Shown: piece after piece, positions 1 to 10,188 of the stretch
Layout of the letters: each line of letters opens with the position of its first letter
Position numbering within the stretch: the stretch's first letter is position 1
NCBI GenBank assembly: GCA_965218295.1
Contig: CBDCKN010000015.1
Span: 416,001-480,000, forward strand
Origin: Longimicrobiales bacterium
GTDB lineage: Bacteria; Gemmatimonadota; Gemmatimonadetes; Longimicrobiales; Gaopeijiaceae
Reading direction: 5' to 3'
DNA: 64,000 nt
The notes under the pieces: model-generated
Databases searched by the model: none
What the model was told of the DNA's origin: nothing
Seen by the model: only the letters and a program-made list of their open reading frames with translations
Made by a program: the position numbers and the translations under genes

Positions 1-1189
1 GGGCGGGCGACGCGAGGGAGTACCCGTATTTGAAGTTCAGGTAGAAGACCACGCCCAACGAGAGCGTGGCGAACAGGACCAACGTGTAGAGCCCGGTGGC
101 CGAGTCACGGCGGAGGTGCTGGCTGGCGCCATAGGCCCCAAGGGCTGCGAAGAGAGCAGTGAACGGGAGCCTCAGGAGTGGGAAGACCGTCTCCGGTCCG
201 GCCACGCCCCTGGCCCATTGCCAGTCGAAGTACTGGAGGTAGTTGGCGTACTGAGACCACAGGGGTGCCAGGCGTGGGAAGAGAGGTGCCTTGTCGTACT
301 GCTGCCTGGAGAGGGCCGCTGACAGCTCCACGCACCCCGCCTGCCCCCACGTGACAATGCTTGTCAGGGCGCTCTGGACGCTCGAACAGGTCGGGTCGCC
401 TTCGTTGATGACAGGGGCCAGACCGGCCCGGAGCGGCAGGAAGAGGTGAATGGAGAGGCCGAGGAACACCGCCAGGGCGCCAACAGCGTAGAGTCGCCAG
501 TTGAGAAGGGTCTTAGGCGAGATCAGCAGGATGAACACAGCCAGAGCAGGGGCGGCCAGGAACGCCATCAGGTGGTTCCCCACCGACAACGCCAGGATGA
601 AAGCCATGAGCACCAGCAGGTTGTCGTCCCTGCCCTTGCCCAGGTTCTCTCGCCAGTGGAACACGAGCCAGGTCAAGAGAGCGATGGTGAAGAGCGAGAC
701 CGTGTAGACCTTCTCGTTCACGTTGGACTGATTCCAGACGGTGAAGGCTGTCGCGCTCACGAGGGCTGCGGTCACGGCGCCGACCAACCGGAAGCGTCGA
801 TCGCTGGAGAAGAACCCGAGGACGTGGTATACGGCCAGGAACCAGAGGCCGTGGGCCAGGCTCCCCATGAGCGTGGAGAAGAGATTGATGCGGGTGGCCA
901 CCGTCAGACCGAGAGGGGCCAGGAGGACGTCCCACGTGCGTGCCAGGACCACGAAGAGCGGGTTCCCAGGCTGATGGGGAATCCCCAGGATATGCCCGGT
1001 GGCTATGTATTCGCTCGTGTCCCAGAAGGCCGTGGTGGGAGCCAGTGTGATCGTATAAATGAGGCCCACCCCCAGAGCGACGATGACCGCCCAGCCGTAG
1101 GGCGGCCCGTCCACTTTGGGACCGTTTCTTACCCCCCGCTCGTCGTCGGCGACGAGCTTGGGCGCTGTTTCGGTGTCGGCGAGGCTCAT
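1..1189 (-). CDS. DUF2723-family polytopic membrane protein (TMEM260-like, putative glycosyltransferase); runs off the window start
   Basis: Absent from the ORF track because its stop lies outside the window. Manual translation from ATG 1189 gives MSLADTETAPK...TLAPTTAFWDTSEYIATGHILGIPHQPGNPLFVVLAR, the DUF2723 signature, followed by hydrophobic segments. Confidence 0.8.
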   Translation of the reverse strand, partial: MSLADTETAPKLVADDERGVRNGPKVDGPPYGWAVIVALGVGLIYTITLAPTTAFWDTSEYIATGHILGIPHQPGNPLFVVLARTWDVLLAPLGLTVATRINLFSTLMGSLAHGLWFLAVYHVLGFFSSDRRFRLVGAVTAALVSATAFTVWNQSNVNEKVYTVSLFTIALLTWLVFHWRENLGKGRDDNLLVLMAFILALSVGNHLMAFLAAPALAVFILLISPKTLLNWRLYAVGALAVFLGLSIHLFLPLRAGLAPVINEGDPTCSSVQSALTSIVTWGQAGCVELSAALSRQQYDKAPLFPRLAPLWSQYANYLQYFDWQWARGVAGPETVFPLLRLPFTALFAALGAYGASQHLRRDSATGLYTLVLFATLSLGVVFYLNFKYGYSLASPA

Positions 1190-1303
1190 CTCGTCCTTCG
1201 CTGGAGTGCTGCTCTGCGGGCCCCAAGATAGCACTTGAAGAGGATCACCAAGGAGTGGCCGCTCAGTCGTGTGCTGCCTTCAAAGAGGCCCACCGCGCTG
1301 GTG

Positions 1304-3292
1304 CTACTTTGTCGTGAGGTGCAGGTTCCCCCAGTCGTCCACCGTCAGCCGCCACCCTTCCGGAACCCATGTGGTGGAGCTGTACTCCAAGACCACCACC
1401 GGCCCTTCCAGTTCGTGTCCTGGAGAAATTTCCCTCCGCCAGACCCGGCTGGCATCCACCCAGCGCCCATCCACGTGCACCTGTGTGGGGCTGAGGGTGG
1501 CGGGCTCCGTAGCGGGAGGAAGGCGTTGGAGCTCCAGTTCGGGACCGGGTGCAGAGGCGACCACGCGAAGGGTAACGGCCTCCACCGGGGTGCCCTCCCG
1601 CCGGTAACCGTACCTCTCCTGGTGAAGAGCGTGGAAAGCAGCCACCCAGTCCGTGCCCGGCACCCGGAGCTCGAAGCTCTGCCCGGCGTAGCGAGCGTCG
1701 ACCCACCGGTGGAGCTCGATTGTCGCCTCCTCCACGTCCTCCTGTCGGATCGCCTCGAGGGTGTGCCGCTCGAGCTCCAGATACGCCTCCTCCATGCGTT
1801 TCTCTCCCGAGGGCGTCTCGGTGGAGATCAGCACCGTCCGTGACGTTTCGCGGGTCACGTCGGCCGCCAGCATGCCGTAGGCCGAAAGGAGGCCCGGCGT
1901 GGGTGGGACGATAGCGCGGTCGGCACCCAGCTTTTGGGCGAGGCCCGCAGCGTGGAGTCCGCCGGCACCTCCGAACGCAACTAGCGCGAAGTCGGCTGGG
2001 TCGTACCCGCGCTCTACGGAGATAACACGGAGGGCTCGCTCCATGGCCGAGTCGGCCACAGCCAGAATCCCCTCGGCAGTGTCCTCGAGGCTCGCGTCCA
2101 GGCTCTCGGCAAGGCCGGCAAGCGTGGGCTCGATTCCGTTCCGGTCGAGCGTACCTTCACCACCCAGAAAGGCATCGGCGGGAAGGCGACCGAGCCAGAC
2201 GTGGGCGTCGGTGACCGTGACGGCGTCCCCTCCCTTACCATAGCAGATGGGACCGGGGTCGGCACCGGCGGACTGGGGGCCCACCCGTAGCGCACCGCCC
2301 GGGTCGACACGAGCGAGGGAGCCTCCTCCTGCTCCCACCGTGTGGATATCGATGACGGGGACAGCCACGGGCTGGCCCCCGATCTCGAACTCCCGTGTGT
2401 GTAGGAGCCCACCGGGGCAAAGAGACACATCGGTGGACGTGCCGCCCATGTCGAATGAGACGATCTGATCGAATCCGGCGAGGCGTCCCCACGCCAGCGC
2501 CCCCACCACTCCCCCCGCGGGGCCGGACAGTACGGTGTGGATCGGCTCTCGGGTCGCACGGCTCACCGGCAACGATCCTCCGTTGGAGCCCATGATCCTC
2601 ACCCGCTCCGCTCCGGTCTCCCGATCCAGCCGGCCCAGGTAGGCGGACATGCGGGGTGCCACGTACGCGTTGACCACCGTCGTGGATGTTCGCTCGTATT
2701 CCCGGTACTCGGGCAACAGCCTTGCGGATACCGACAGAGGAACAGAGACCTCCGCCAGAGCTTCGGCGACACTCTCCTCGTGCGCAGGGTTCGCGTACGA
2801 GTGGAGAAGCACCACTGCAACGGACTCAGCACCAGCGAGCCGCTCGGCCAGACCGTCCAACTCGTCCTGGTCGAGGGGCTCGACCACCTGGCCCTCCGGT
2901 CCGACTCTGCCGCGGATGCCGATACGGTCGTCTCGATGGACCAGAGGACTGGGGCGATGGCCGACCAGGGCGTACAGCTGAGGCCGGTTCTGTCGTCCAA
3001 TCTCTATGACATCCTCGAAGCCGGCGTTGGTGACGAGCTTGACCCGGGCGCCCTTTCGCTCCAGAAGGGCGTTCGTGGCCACGGTGGAACCGTGAAGGAG
3101 CAGATAGTCGCCTTCGCCCGTGCCCAAAAGCGTCCTGAGTCCCTCGAGGACGGCGTCGGCTGGATCGGTGGGGGTGGAGGGTACCTTGAGCGATCGGAGG
3201 CGGCCGGCGTCGAGGACGAGGATATCGGTGAAGGTACCCCCCGTGTCGACGGCGACGACCCGCCGGATCTTTCCCTTTCTCGCTTCTCTCAT
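1304..3292 (-). CDS. Hydantoinase/oxoprolinase family protein (HyuA/OplA N-terminal-type subunit)
   Basis: Motifs VDTGGTFTD, HGSTVATNALLE, SGPAGGV, DMGGTSTDV, GAGGGS, SAGADPGP, FGGAGGLH. Start placed at MREARKG (3292); the upstream part of the 935-aa ORF is antisense to trpE. Confidence 0.9.
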   Translation of the reverse strand: MREARKGKIRRVVAVDTGGTFTDILVLDAGRLRSLKVPSTPTDPADAVLEGLRTLLGTGEGDYLLLHGSTVATNALLERKGARVKLVTNAGFEDVIEIGRQNRPQLYALVGHRPSPLVHRDDRIGIRGRVGPEGQVVEPLDQDELDGLAERLAGAESVAVVLLHSYANPAHEESVAEALAEVSVPLSVSARLLPEYREYERTSTTVVNAYVAPRMSAYLGRLDRETGAERVRIMGSNGGSLPVSRATREPIHTVLSGPAGGVVGALAWGRLAGFDQIVSFDMGGTSTDVSLCPGGLLHTREFEIGGQPVAVPVIDIHTVGAGGGSLARVDPGGALRVGPQSAGADPGPICYGKGGDAVTVTDAHVWLGRLPADAFLGGEGTLDRNGIEPTLAGLAESLDASLEDTAEGILAVADSAMERALRVISVERGYDPADFALVAFGGAGGLHAAGLAQKLGADRAIVPPTPGLLSAYGMLAADVTRETSRTVLISTETPSGEKRMEEAYLELERHTLEAIRQEDVEEATIELHRWVDARYAGQSFELRVPGTDWVAAFHALHQERYGYRREGTPVEAVTLRVVASAPGPELELQRLPPATEPATLSPTQVHVDGRWVDASRVWRREISPGHELEGPVVVLEYSSTTWVPEGWRLTVDDWGNLHLTTK

Positions 3293-3343
3293 AAGTTCTC
3301 CAGGCCTCGACTCGGGGCCCCTCTCACGTGGCGAACGAGGTCC

Positions 3344-4843
3344 ATGCAGCTCAAGCCCAGCTTCGAAGAGTTCCGCGCCCAGGCGAACCGCGGCGGCGTC
3401 CTTCCGGTGTGGAGGGAGTTTCTGTTCGATGTAGACACCGCCGTCACCGCCTATGCCAAGATCCGACGCCCCCCGTTCGGCTTTCTGCTCGAGTCCGTGG
3501 TCGGCGGCGAGCAGTGGGCACGATACACCTTTCTGGGGAGTGAGCCCGCCGAAGCCTGGCGCCTGATCCAGGGCCGAGCCGAGCTGTGGACTCGGGGTGA
3601 CGGCTGGGCGCCCATCACCACCGACGACCCTCTGGCCGATCTCGATGAACGGCTGCGAGCTCGTCAACCCCTCGCCACCGGGGGCCTGCCCCGGCTGTGG
3701 GGAGGCACCGTAGGGTACTTCGGGTACGACGTGGTGCGCCAGATCGAGCACCTGCCCGATGGCCCCCCGGACGATCTGCATCTTCCTGACGGACTCTTCG
3801 TCTTCATCGATGTCGTGCTCGCCATCGACAATCTCCTGGGGCGCGCCATGGCCATCGCCACCGTCGAGGTGGAGGAGGGCCTGAACGAAGAGGAGCTCCG
3901 CAGGCGGTACGATCTGGCGGCCGAGAAGACACACGAGCTCGTGTCGCGGCTGTCGGAGGAGCCATCTCCGCCTCCATTGGAGCTGGGCCCCGAGCCGGAC
4001 GAGGACCCGAGCTTCACGAGCACCATGAGTCGCGGGGAATTCGAGGCGGCCGTGGAGCGGATCCGTGATTACATTATGGCCGGTGACGCATTTCAGGTGG
4101 TCTTGAGTCAACGCCTCGAGATGCAGCTTCCCGCCGGGCCCTTCGACCTGTATCGAGCGCTCCGGTCGCTGAATCCGTCCCCCTACCTCTACTTCCTCGA
4201 GCTCGACGGCCTTTGCCTGGTGGGGAGCTCACCGGAGGTCCTGGTCCGGGTCGAGGACGACGTCGTGACAGTGAGGCCCATTGCCGGGACGAGGCCCAGG
4301 GGAGCCACGCCGGAGCAGGATCGGGCGCTGGCGCAGGATCTGGCCGGTGATGAAAAAGAGCTGGCGGAGCATCGCATGCTGGTGGATCTGGGGCGCAACG
4401 ACGTGGGCCGGGTCGCCGAATACGGCTCGGTCACGGTCCCCGACCTGATGTTGGTGGAGCGTTACTCCCACGTCATGCACCTGGTCAGCCAGGTGGAGGG
4501 GAAGCTCCGGCCGGGCCTGTCGTCCATGGATGTGTTCCGGGCGTGCTTTCCCGCCGGTACGGTCTCGGGGGCTCCGAAGGTCCGTGCCATGGAGATCATC
4601 GACGAGCTAGAGCCGGTCAGGAGGGGCCCATACGCCGGGGCTGTGGGTCACTTCGGCTGGGGAGGAGCCGCCATGGATACGGCCATCACGATCCGAACCG
4701 TCGTGGTGAAGGATGGCACCGCGTATGTCCAGGCGGGTGCCGGTATCGTGGCCGACTCGGATCCGGGTCGCGAGTACGAGGAGACGCTCAACAAGGCACG
4801 GGCCCTCTTGAGGGCCGCCGCCATGCTGGCACCGGGGGATTAG
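3344..4843 (+). CDS. trpE: Anthranilate synthase component I
   Basis: FLLESV, GDAFQVVLSQR, NPSPY, GSSPE, PIAGTRPRG, EHRMLVDLGRND, FPAGTVSGAPK, QAGAGIVADS. Start at MQLKPSFEEF. Confidence 0.93.
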   Translation: MQLKPSFEEFRAQANRGGVLPVWREFLFDVDTAVTAYAKIRRPPFGFLLESVVGGEQWARYTFLGSEPAEAWRLIQGRAELWTRGDGWAPITTDDPLADLDERLRARQPLATGGLPRLWGGTVGYFGYDVVRQIEHLPDGPPDDLHLPDGLFVFIDVVLAIDNLLGRAMAIATVEVEEGLNEEELRRRYDLAAEKTHELVSRLSEEPSPPPLELGPEPDEDPSFTSTMSRGEFEAAVERIRDYIMAGDAFQVVLSQRLEMQLPAGPFDLYRALRSLNPSPYLYFLELDGLCLVGSSPEVLVRVEDDVVTVRPIAGTRPRGATPEQDRALAQDLAGDEKELAEHRMLVDLGRNDVGRVAEYGSVTVPDLMLVERYSHVMHLVSQVEGKLRPGLSSMDVFRACFPAGTVSGAPKVRAMEIIDELEPVRRGPYAGAVGHFGWGGAAMDTAITIRTVVVKDGTAYVQAGAGIVADSDPGREYEETLNKARALLRAAAMLAPGD

Positions 4844-4850
4844 TGTGGTG

Positions 4851-6228
4851 GAGCTAGGATCAAAGGGTGTGTAAAAAGAGAGGCGACGTACCTTTCCGCT
4901 GAGTAATAACCAGCGAACTCCGGGTGACAGCCCGGGGGAAAGGAACGACGCCTCGTGAGGAAGAATACGGTGGGACCCGAGGGTGAGTCCAGGACGCCCG
5001 TGTGGGAAGTTCTGGAAGAAGTGGTTCGGGAGAAGGCGCAGGAGTTCATTCAACAGATCTTGGAGGAGGAAGTCACGGAGTTGCTAGGGCGAGAGAAGTC
5101 AGAGCGCAGGAGGGTGGTGGACGCGACCGAGGGCTACCGCAACGGATACGGCAAGCCGAGGCGGCTGGCGATGAGCTCGGGCACGATCACACTCCGACGC
5201 CCTCGAGTTCGAGGCCTTGAGGAGCGGTTCGAGAGCCGCGTGCTGCCGTTGTTCGCGAGGCGGACGAAGGAGCTGGGCGCTCTGCTTCCGGAGCTGTATC
5301 TGCACGGACTGGCGGAGGGAGACTTCGAGTTGGCGATGCGGGGCCTGCTGGGCGAGGGGGCACCGCTGTCGAAGTCTTCGATTCGGCGGCTGCGGGCGGG
5401 ATGGACGGCGGAGTTCGAGGAATGGAGCCAGCGTCGCCTGGAGGGTCGTGAGGTCGTCTACGTGTGGGCGGACGGGATCTATGTGAAGGCAGGGCTGGAG
5501 CGGGACAAAGCGGCGCTGCTGGTGGTGCTGGGTGCCATGCGAGACGGGACGAAAGAGGTGTTGGCCCTGAGAGCGGGCTACCGAGAGTCGGTCGAGTCCT
5601 GGTCCGAGGTGTTGCGGGACCTGAAGGCACGCGGCATCGAGGCGCCCCGGCTTCTGATGGCGGACGGTAACGCTGCGATCTGGGGCGCAGTACGGCAGGT
5701 ATGGCCTGAGGCGGGTGAGCAACGGTGCTGGAACCACAAGATGAGGAACGTGCTGGACCGACTACCTCAGCGGGAGCAGGGCGAGGCGAAGGATCTTCTC
5801 CGGGCCGTGGTCTACGCACCGAGCCGGGCCGAGGCCCTGAAGGCCCGCGAGGTGTTCGCCCGACGCTATAGGCCGTGGTATCCGAAAGCAGTGGACGTAC
5901 TCGAGGACGACTGGGAGCGGATGGTAGCGTTCTACGACTTCCCCGAGGACCACTGGAAGCATCTACGCACGACGAACGTGGTCGAGAGCCCGTTCGCCGC
6001 GGTACGGCTCAGGACGACAGCAGCGAAGCGGTTCAAGCGGGTCGAGAGCGCTACGGCGCTAATCTGGAAGTTGCTCTTGGTGGCCGAGAAGCGGTTCCGA
6101 AGGCTCGACGCTCCTCACCTCCTCAAGGACGTATTTGAAGGAAGAAAGTTCGAAGACGGAAAGCCCGTCTCACACCAACAGCGGAAGAACGCCGCCTAAT
6201 ACGTTTACACACCTATTGACCCAACCTC
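4851..6228 (+). mobile_element. IS256-family insertion sequence, copy 1 (no target duplication)
   Basis: Imperfect 25-bp terminal IRs GAGCTAGGATCAAAGGGTGTGTAAA / GAGGTTGGGTCAATAGGTGTGTAAA. The flanks (gtgtggtg / cttctgac) do not match. Confidence 0.92.
4955..6199 (+). CDS. IS256-family (Mutator-like) DDE transposase
   Basis: YRNGY, VWADGIYVK (D), MADG (D), QRCWNHK (CxxH), RTTNVVES (E). Confidence 0.95.
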   Translation: MRKNTVGPEGESRTPVWEVLEEVVREKAQEFIQQILEEEVTELLGREKSERRRVVDATEGYRNGYGKPRRLAMSSGTITLRRPRVRGLEERFESRVLPLFARRTKELGALLPELYLHGLAEGDFELAMRGLLGEGAPLSKSSIRRLRAGWTAEFEEWSQRRLEGREVVYVWADGIYVKAGLERDKAALLVVLGAMRDGTKEVLALRAGYRESVESWSEVLRDLKARGIEAPRLLMADGNAAIWGAVRQVWPEAGEQRCWNHKMRNVLDRLPQREQGEAKDLLRAVVYAPSRAEALKAREVFARRYRPWYPKAVDVLEDDWERMVAFYDFPEDHWKHLRTTNVVESPFAAVRLRTTAAKRFKRVESATALIWKLLLVAEKRFRRLDAPHLLKDVFEGRKFEDGKPVSHQQRKNAA

Positions 6229-6304
6229 CTTCTGACTCCATCGGGGGTGCAGAACAGAAGAAAAACTCAAACACTTATCTGTCCACTGAATCGGGGGAGG
6301 TCCA
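6229..6304. mobile_element. 76-bp terminal remnant of a different IS3-family element
   Basis: Ends in ctgtccactgaatcgggggaggtcca (reverse complement TGGACCTCCCCCGATTCAGTGGACAG), which resembles an IS3-type TG-starting terminus. It is cut on the left by IS256 copy 1. Confidence 0.55.
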
Positions 6305-6368
6305 AGGTGCGACGAGTACAAGCCCTCCCGGAACCTGTCAACGCCAGTGAGACACTCTTGGAAATCAA

Positions 6369-7376
6369 TTAGAGAGCAATCTCCTGTGTAGTGAGGGATG
6401 GGGTGGGAGGATTGATCCAGACGGCCTCCGGGAGTGGTTTAGGCTTCGGCTCACCGGAGACGAAGCGCTCGGGATGAGCGGCCCATGCCTCACGGAGCAC
6501 GGCCTTCCTGCAGGCGATGATCCGATCGGCGTGACCGAAGTGGACCTGTTCGGGGGTCAGCATCGAGATGCCGCCATGGCGGTGCTCGGCATTATACCAA
6601 CGGAAGAACGAGCGACAGAAGGTCTTGGCTTGCCCCTGATCCCCGAACCGGCCGGGAAACGAGGGATGGTACTTCAAGGTCTTGAACTGAGCCTCGGAGA
6701 ACGGATTGTCATCCGAGACCTGGGGTCGGCCCAACGAGCGGGTCACGCCGAGATCGGCGAGTAGTTGAGCCGTGCATTGGCTCGTCATCGGAGCCCCTCG
6801 ATCGGAATGCAGGGTCAGGAGGTGGGGCTGGACGCCATGCTTCAAGCAACTCTGCTGGATCAGCCGGCTGGCCAGGGCAGAGTTCTCCCGATCCGCCACC
6901 ATCCATCCCACGACGTAGCGGCTGAAGATGTCCAGGATCACGTAGAGGTAGAAGTAACTCCACTTCTTCGGCCCCAGCAGCCGGGTGATATCCCAGGACC
7001 AGACCTGGTTCGGGCCCCTCGCCATCAACTCGGGCTTCTGGTATTTGGGATGACTCCGCTGCGCTCGACGCTCCTGAACCGGCACCTGGGAAGCCAGAAC
7101 GCGATACATCGTACGCTCGCTGCACAGGTAGACGTCCTCGTCGAGCAGCGTCGCCACCACCTCGGCTGGGGACCGGTCCACGAACCGCTCCGAACACAGG
7201 GTGTCGAAAATCTTGTCCCGCTCCCTCTCACTTAAGGCCCGGGCGGGGGTCGGGCGGGGCTGCTGATGCCCGGTCGATGCACTCCGACGACGGTAGAACG
7301 TGGCTCGCGGCACCCTGAGCGCATCGCACGCGGGCTTCACCCCTACGTGCTTGGCTAGCTCCTGGGTCGCCTTCAT
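6369..7376 (-). CDS. IS3-family transposase OrfB (rve integrase core)
   Basis: WSWDIT (D), HSDRG (D), DNPFSEAQFKTLK (E), YNAEHRH. Confidence 0.93.
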   Translation of the reverse strand: MKATQELAKHVGVKPACDALRVPRATFYRRRSASTGHQQPRPTPARALSERERDKIFDTLCSERFVDRSPAEVVATLLDEDVYLCSERTMYRVLASQVPVQERRAQRSHPKYQKPELMARGPNQVWSWDITRLLGPKKWSYFYLYVILDIFSRYVVGWMVADRENSALASRLIQQSCLKHGVQPHLLTLHSDRGAPMTSQCTAQLLADLGVTRSLGRPQVSDDNPFSEAQFKTLKYHPSFPGRFGDQGQAKTFCRSFFRWYNAEHRHGGISMLTPEQVHFGHADRIIACRKAVLREAWAAHPERFVSGEPKPKPLPEAVWINPPTPSLTTQEIAL

Positions 7377-7822
7377 GAGTTCGTCCCGTCCTCGAGGCTC
7401 AATCCCAGCAGCCCTGCAACTTTTCCCTGGACGTCGATGATCAAGTGCGCCTTCTGGAGCTCCTTCTCGAGGCGAGTGTTCTCGCGCTCCAGCTTGCGCA
7501 CCTTCTCCTCCAGCGGATTGCGCTCGCGCTTACGGCCTCGTTTCTTCGACAGCGCTTTCAGGGACCCGCTATGCGCCGCCTTGCGCCATGTCGTCAGGTG
7601 CGACGAGTACAAGCCCTCCCGCCGTAGGAGTCGGCCAACCTCTCCGGGCTCCGTGCACCGGTCCGCTTCTTCGACGATCCGCAGCTTGTACGACGGAGCG
7701 AACCGCCGGCGCAGCGGCCTATCTACCACCTCCGAGTCCGCAGGAGCTGCCGCGCTTCGCTTACCGTCCCAGGTTGGTGGGGCTATTCCATTCTCTTTCA
7801 TTCTCTCTCGGTGTCTCAGCAT
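7373..7822 (-). CDS. IS3-family transposase OrfA (HTH plus coiled coil)
   Basis: RRRFAPSYKLRIVEEAD...LLRREGLYSSHLTTWRK. Overlaps orfB by ATGA. Confidence 0.9.
   Translation of the reverse strand: MLRHRERMKENGIAPPTWDGKRSAAAPADSEVVDRPLRRRFAPSYKLRIVEEADRCTEPGEVGRLLRREGLYSSHLTTWRKAAHSGSLKALSKKRGRKRERNPLEEKVRKLERENTRLEKELQKAHLIIDVQGKVAGLLGLSLEDGTNS
7421..7427 (-). promoter_or_regulatory. Putative -1 programmed frameshift site G_GGA_AAA giving the OrfAB fusion (also present in copy B)
   Basis: orfA codons CAG GGA AAA. The -1 frame after this site is open and in frame with the orfB ATG, as is typical of IS3 elements. Confidence 0.65.
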
Positions 7823-7895
7823 CCTCGGTTTCTCTGCCTTCGCCCTACTCTAATTCCTTAGCTGCTCCGTGTCTCACGTAAGTTGGCAGAGAGGG

Positions 7896-9328
7896 AAGCG
7901 CTCGGGATGAGCGGCCCATGCCTCACGGAGCACGGCCTTCCTGCAGGCGATGATCCGATCGGCGTGACCGAAGTGGACCTGTTCGGGGGTCAGCATCGAG
8001 ATGCCGCCATGGCGGTGCTCGGCATTATACCAACGGAAGAACGAGCGACAGAAGGTCTTGGCTTGCCCCTGATCCCCGAACCGGCCGGGAAACGAGGGAT
8101 GGTACTTCAAGGTCTTGAACTGAGCCTCGGAGAACGGATTGTCATCCGAGACCTGGGGTCGGCCCAACGAGCGGGTCACGCCGAGATCGGCGAGTAGTTG
8201 AGCCGTGCATTGGCTCGTCATCGGAGCCCCTCGATCGGAATGCAGGGTCAGGAGGTGGGGCTGGACGCCATGCTTCAAGCAACTCTGCTGGATCAGCCGG
8301 CTGGCCAGGGCAGAGTTCTCCCGATCCGCCACCATCCATCCCACGACGTAGCGGCTGAAGATGTCCAGGATCACGTAGAGGTAGAAGTAACTCCACTTCT
8401 TCGGCCCCAGCAGCCGGGTGATATCCCAGGACCAGACCTGGTTCGGGCCCCTCGCCATCAACTCGGGTTTCTGGTATTTGGGATGACTCCGCTGCGCTCG
8501 ACGCTCCTGAACCGGCACCTGGGAAGCCAGAACGCGATACATCGTACGCTCGCTGCACAGGTAGACGTCCTCGTCGAGCAGCGTCGCCACCACCTCGGCT
8601 GGGGACCGGTCCACGAACCGCTCCGAACACAGCGTGTCGAAGACCTTGTCTCGTTCCTTCTCGCTTAAGGCCCGGGCGGGGGTCGGGCGGGGCTGCTGAT
8701 GCCCGGTCGATGGCCTCCGACGACGGTAGAACGTGGCTCGCGGCACCCTGAGCGCATCGCACGCGGGCTTCACCCCTACGTGCTTGGCTAGCTCCTGGGT
8801 CGCCTTCATGAGTTCGTCCCGTCCTCGAGGCTCAATCCCAGCAGCCCTGCAACTTTTCCCTGGACGTCGATGATCAAGTGCGCCTTCTGGAGCTCCTTCT
8901 CGAGGCGAGTGTTCTCGCGCTCCAGCTTGCGCACCTTCTCCTCCAGCGGATTGCGCTCGCGCTTACGGCCTCGTTTCTTCGACAGCGCTTTCAGGGACCC
9001 GCTATGCGCCGCCTTGCGCCATGTCGTCAGGTGCGACGAGTACAAGCCCTCCCGCCGTAGGAGTCGGCCAACCTCTCCGGGCTCCGTGCACCGGTCCGCT
9101 TCTTCGACGATCCGCAGCTTGTACGACGGAGCGAACCGCCGGCGCAGCGGCCTATCTACCACCTCCGAGTCCGCAGGAGCTGCCGCGCTTCGCTTACCGT
9201 CCCAGGTTGGTGGGGCTATTCCATTCTCTTTCATTCTCTCTCGGTGTCTCAGCATCCTCGGTTTCTCTGCCTTCGCCCTACTCTAATTCCTTAGCTGCTC
9301 CGTGTCTCACGTAAGTTGGCAGAGAGGG
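7896..9328 (-). mobile_element. IS3-family element, copy B (orfA 8806-9255 intact; orfB and right end 3'-truncated)
   Basis: Near-identical to copy A with a few SNPs (KVFDT vs KIFDT). orfB stops matching at HPERF, where the left end of copy A begins. Confidence 0.9.
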
Positions 9329-9607
9329 TCCCGCCGTAGGAGTCGGCCAACCTCTCCGGGCTCCGTGCACCGGTCCGCTTCTTCGACGATCCGCAGCTTG
9401 TACGACGGAGCGAACCGCCGGCGCAGCGGCCTATCTACCACCTCCGAGTCCGCAGGAGCTGCCGCGCTTCGCTTACCGTCCCAGGTTGGTGGGGCTATTC
9501 CATTCTCTTTCATTCTCTCTCGGTGTCTCAGCATCCTCGGTTTCTCTGCCTTCGCCCTACTCTAATTCCTTAGCTGCTCCGTGTCTCACGTAAGTTGGCA
9601 GAGAGGG
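9329..9607 (-). mobile_element. IS3-family element, copy C (5' fragment; its continuation lies at 6305-6328)
   Basis: Identical to the first 279 bp of copies A/B. The missing continuation aggtgcgacgagtacaagccctcc is at 6305-6328, with tcc duplicated across the A+B block. Confidence 0.88.
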
Positions 9608-10188
9608 GGCCTCACAGTCTTGGTGTTACGTTCGACGATCACGGCTATTCGGTCTGGAGCCTTGGCAAAGGCCAGGATCCTCTCACCTTCCGTCGATGTG
9701 AGGCCAAAGAAAAGGAGAGTCTTTTTTCGGACCCTGAGTGTCTTCCTAACAGGGATGTCTTTGAGAGTCGTCTCATGCATATCAGTCTGACCGTCCTCCC
9801 GGATGCTCGAGGAATCGCAGGACACTGCCTTCGGCTTGTGACTCCCGCTTCATTTCAGCCGATCGATCCACGAGTTCGTCAACCGAACCTCCAAGCTAGT
9901 GGCGGCGATTCGTACACTCCCGGCCTTGCACGATGCGGGCTCATAGGCCCTGGCAACTGTTCGAGATCCGACGAATCGCGGGCTACGGTGCGACGCCCCA
10001 GCTAACGTACGGTCTTCAAGACCCTAGATGGAACGGGCTGTCGCACCTTACTCTGTCTCCGAACATGTCGATTCGTCGACATACAAGGTTGTAGAATCCG
10101 TTGCCGATGAGTCTTATGTCCAACGGCATGTCCAAGTCGGCGTTGGCCAATGTGGAAAACAGCAGAAACCGTTAGGATTGCTGACATC

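Larger units (their letters stand above)
6329..7895 (-). mobile_element. IS3-family element, copy A (complete)
   Basis: Subterminal IR TGYCAAC-N4-GTGAGACAC at both ends; contains orfA and orfB. Confidence 0.9.

Noticed and set aside
446..1231. 261-aa plus-strand ORF
   Set aside because: Antisense to the DUF2723 gene.
2537..4111. Long overlapping extensions of the 935-aa and 768-aa ORFs
   Set aside because: Each extension is the antisense shadow of the divergent neighbour. Family motifs begin at 3292 (-) and 3344 (+).
9608..9780. Minus-strand ORF fragment MHETTLKD... cut by IS3 copy C
   Set aside because: Too short and without recognisable motifs to assign.
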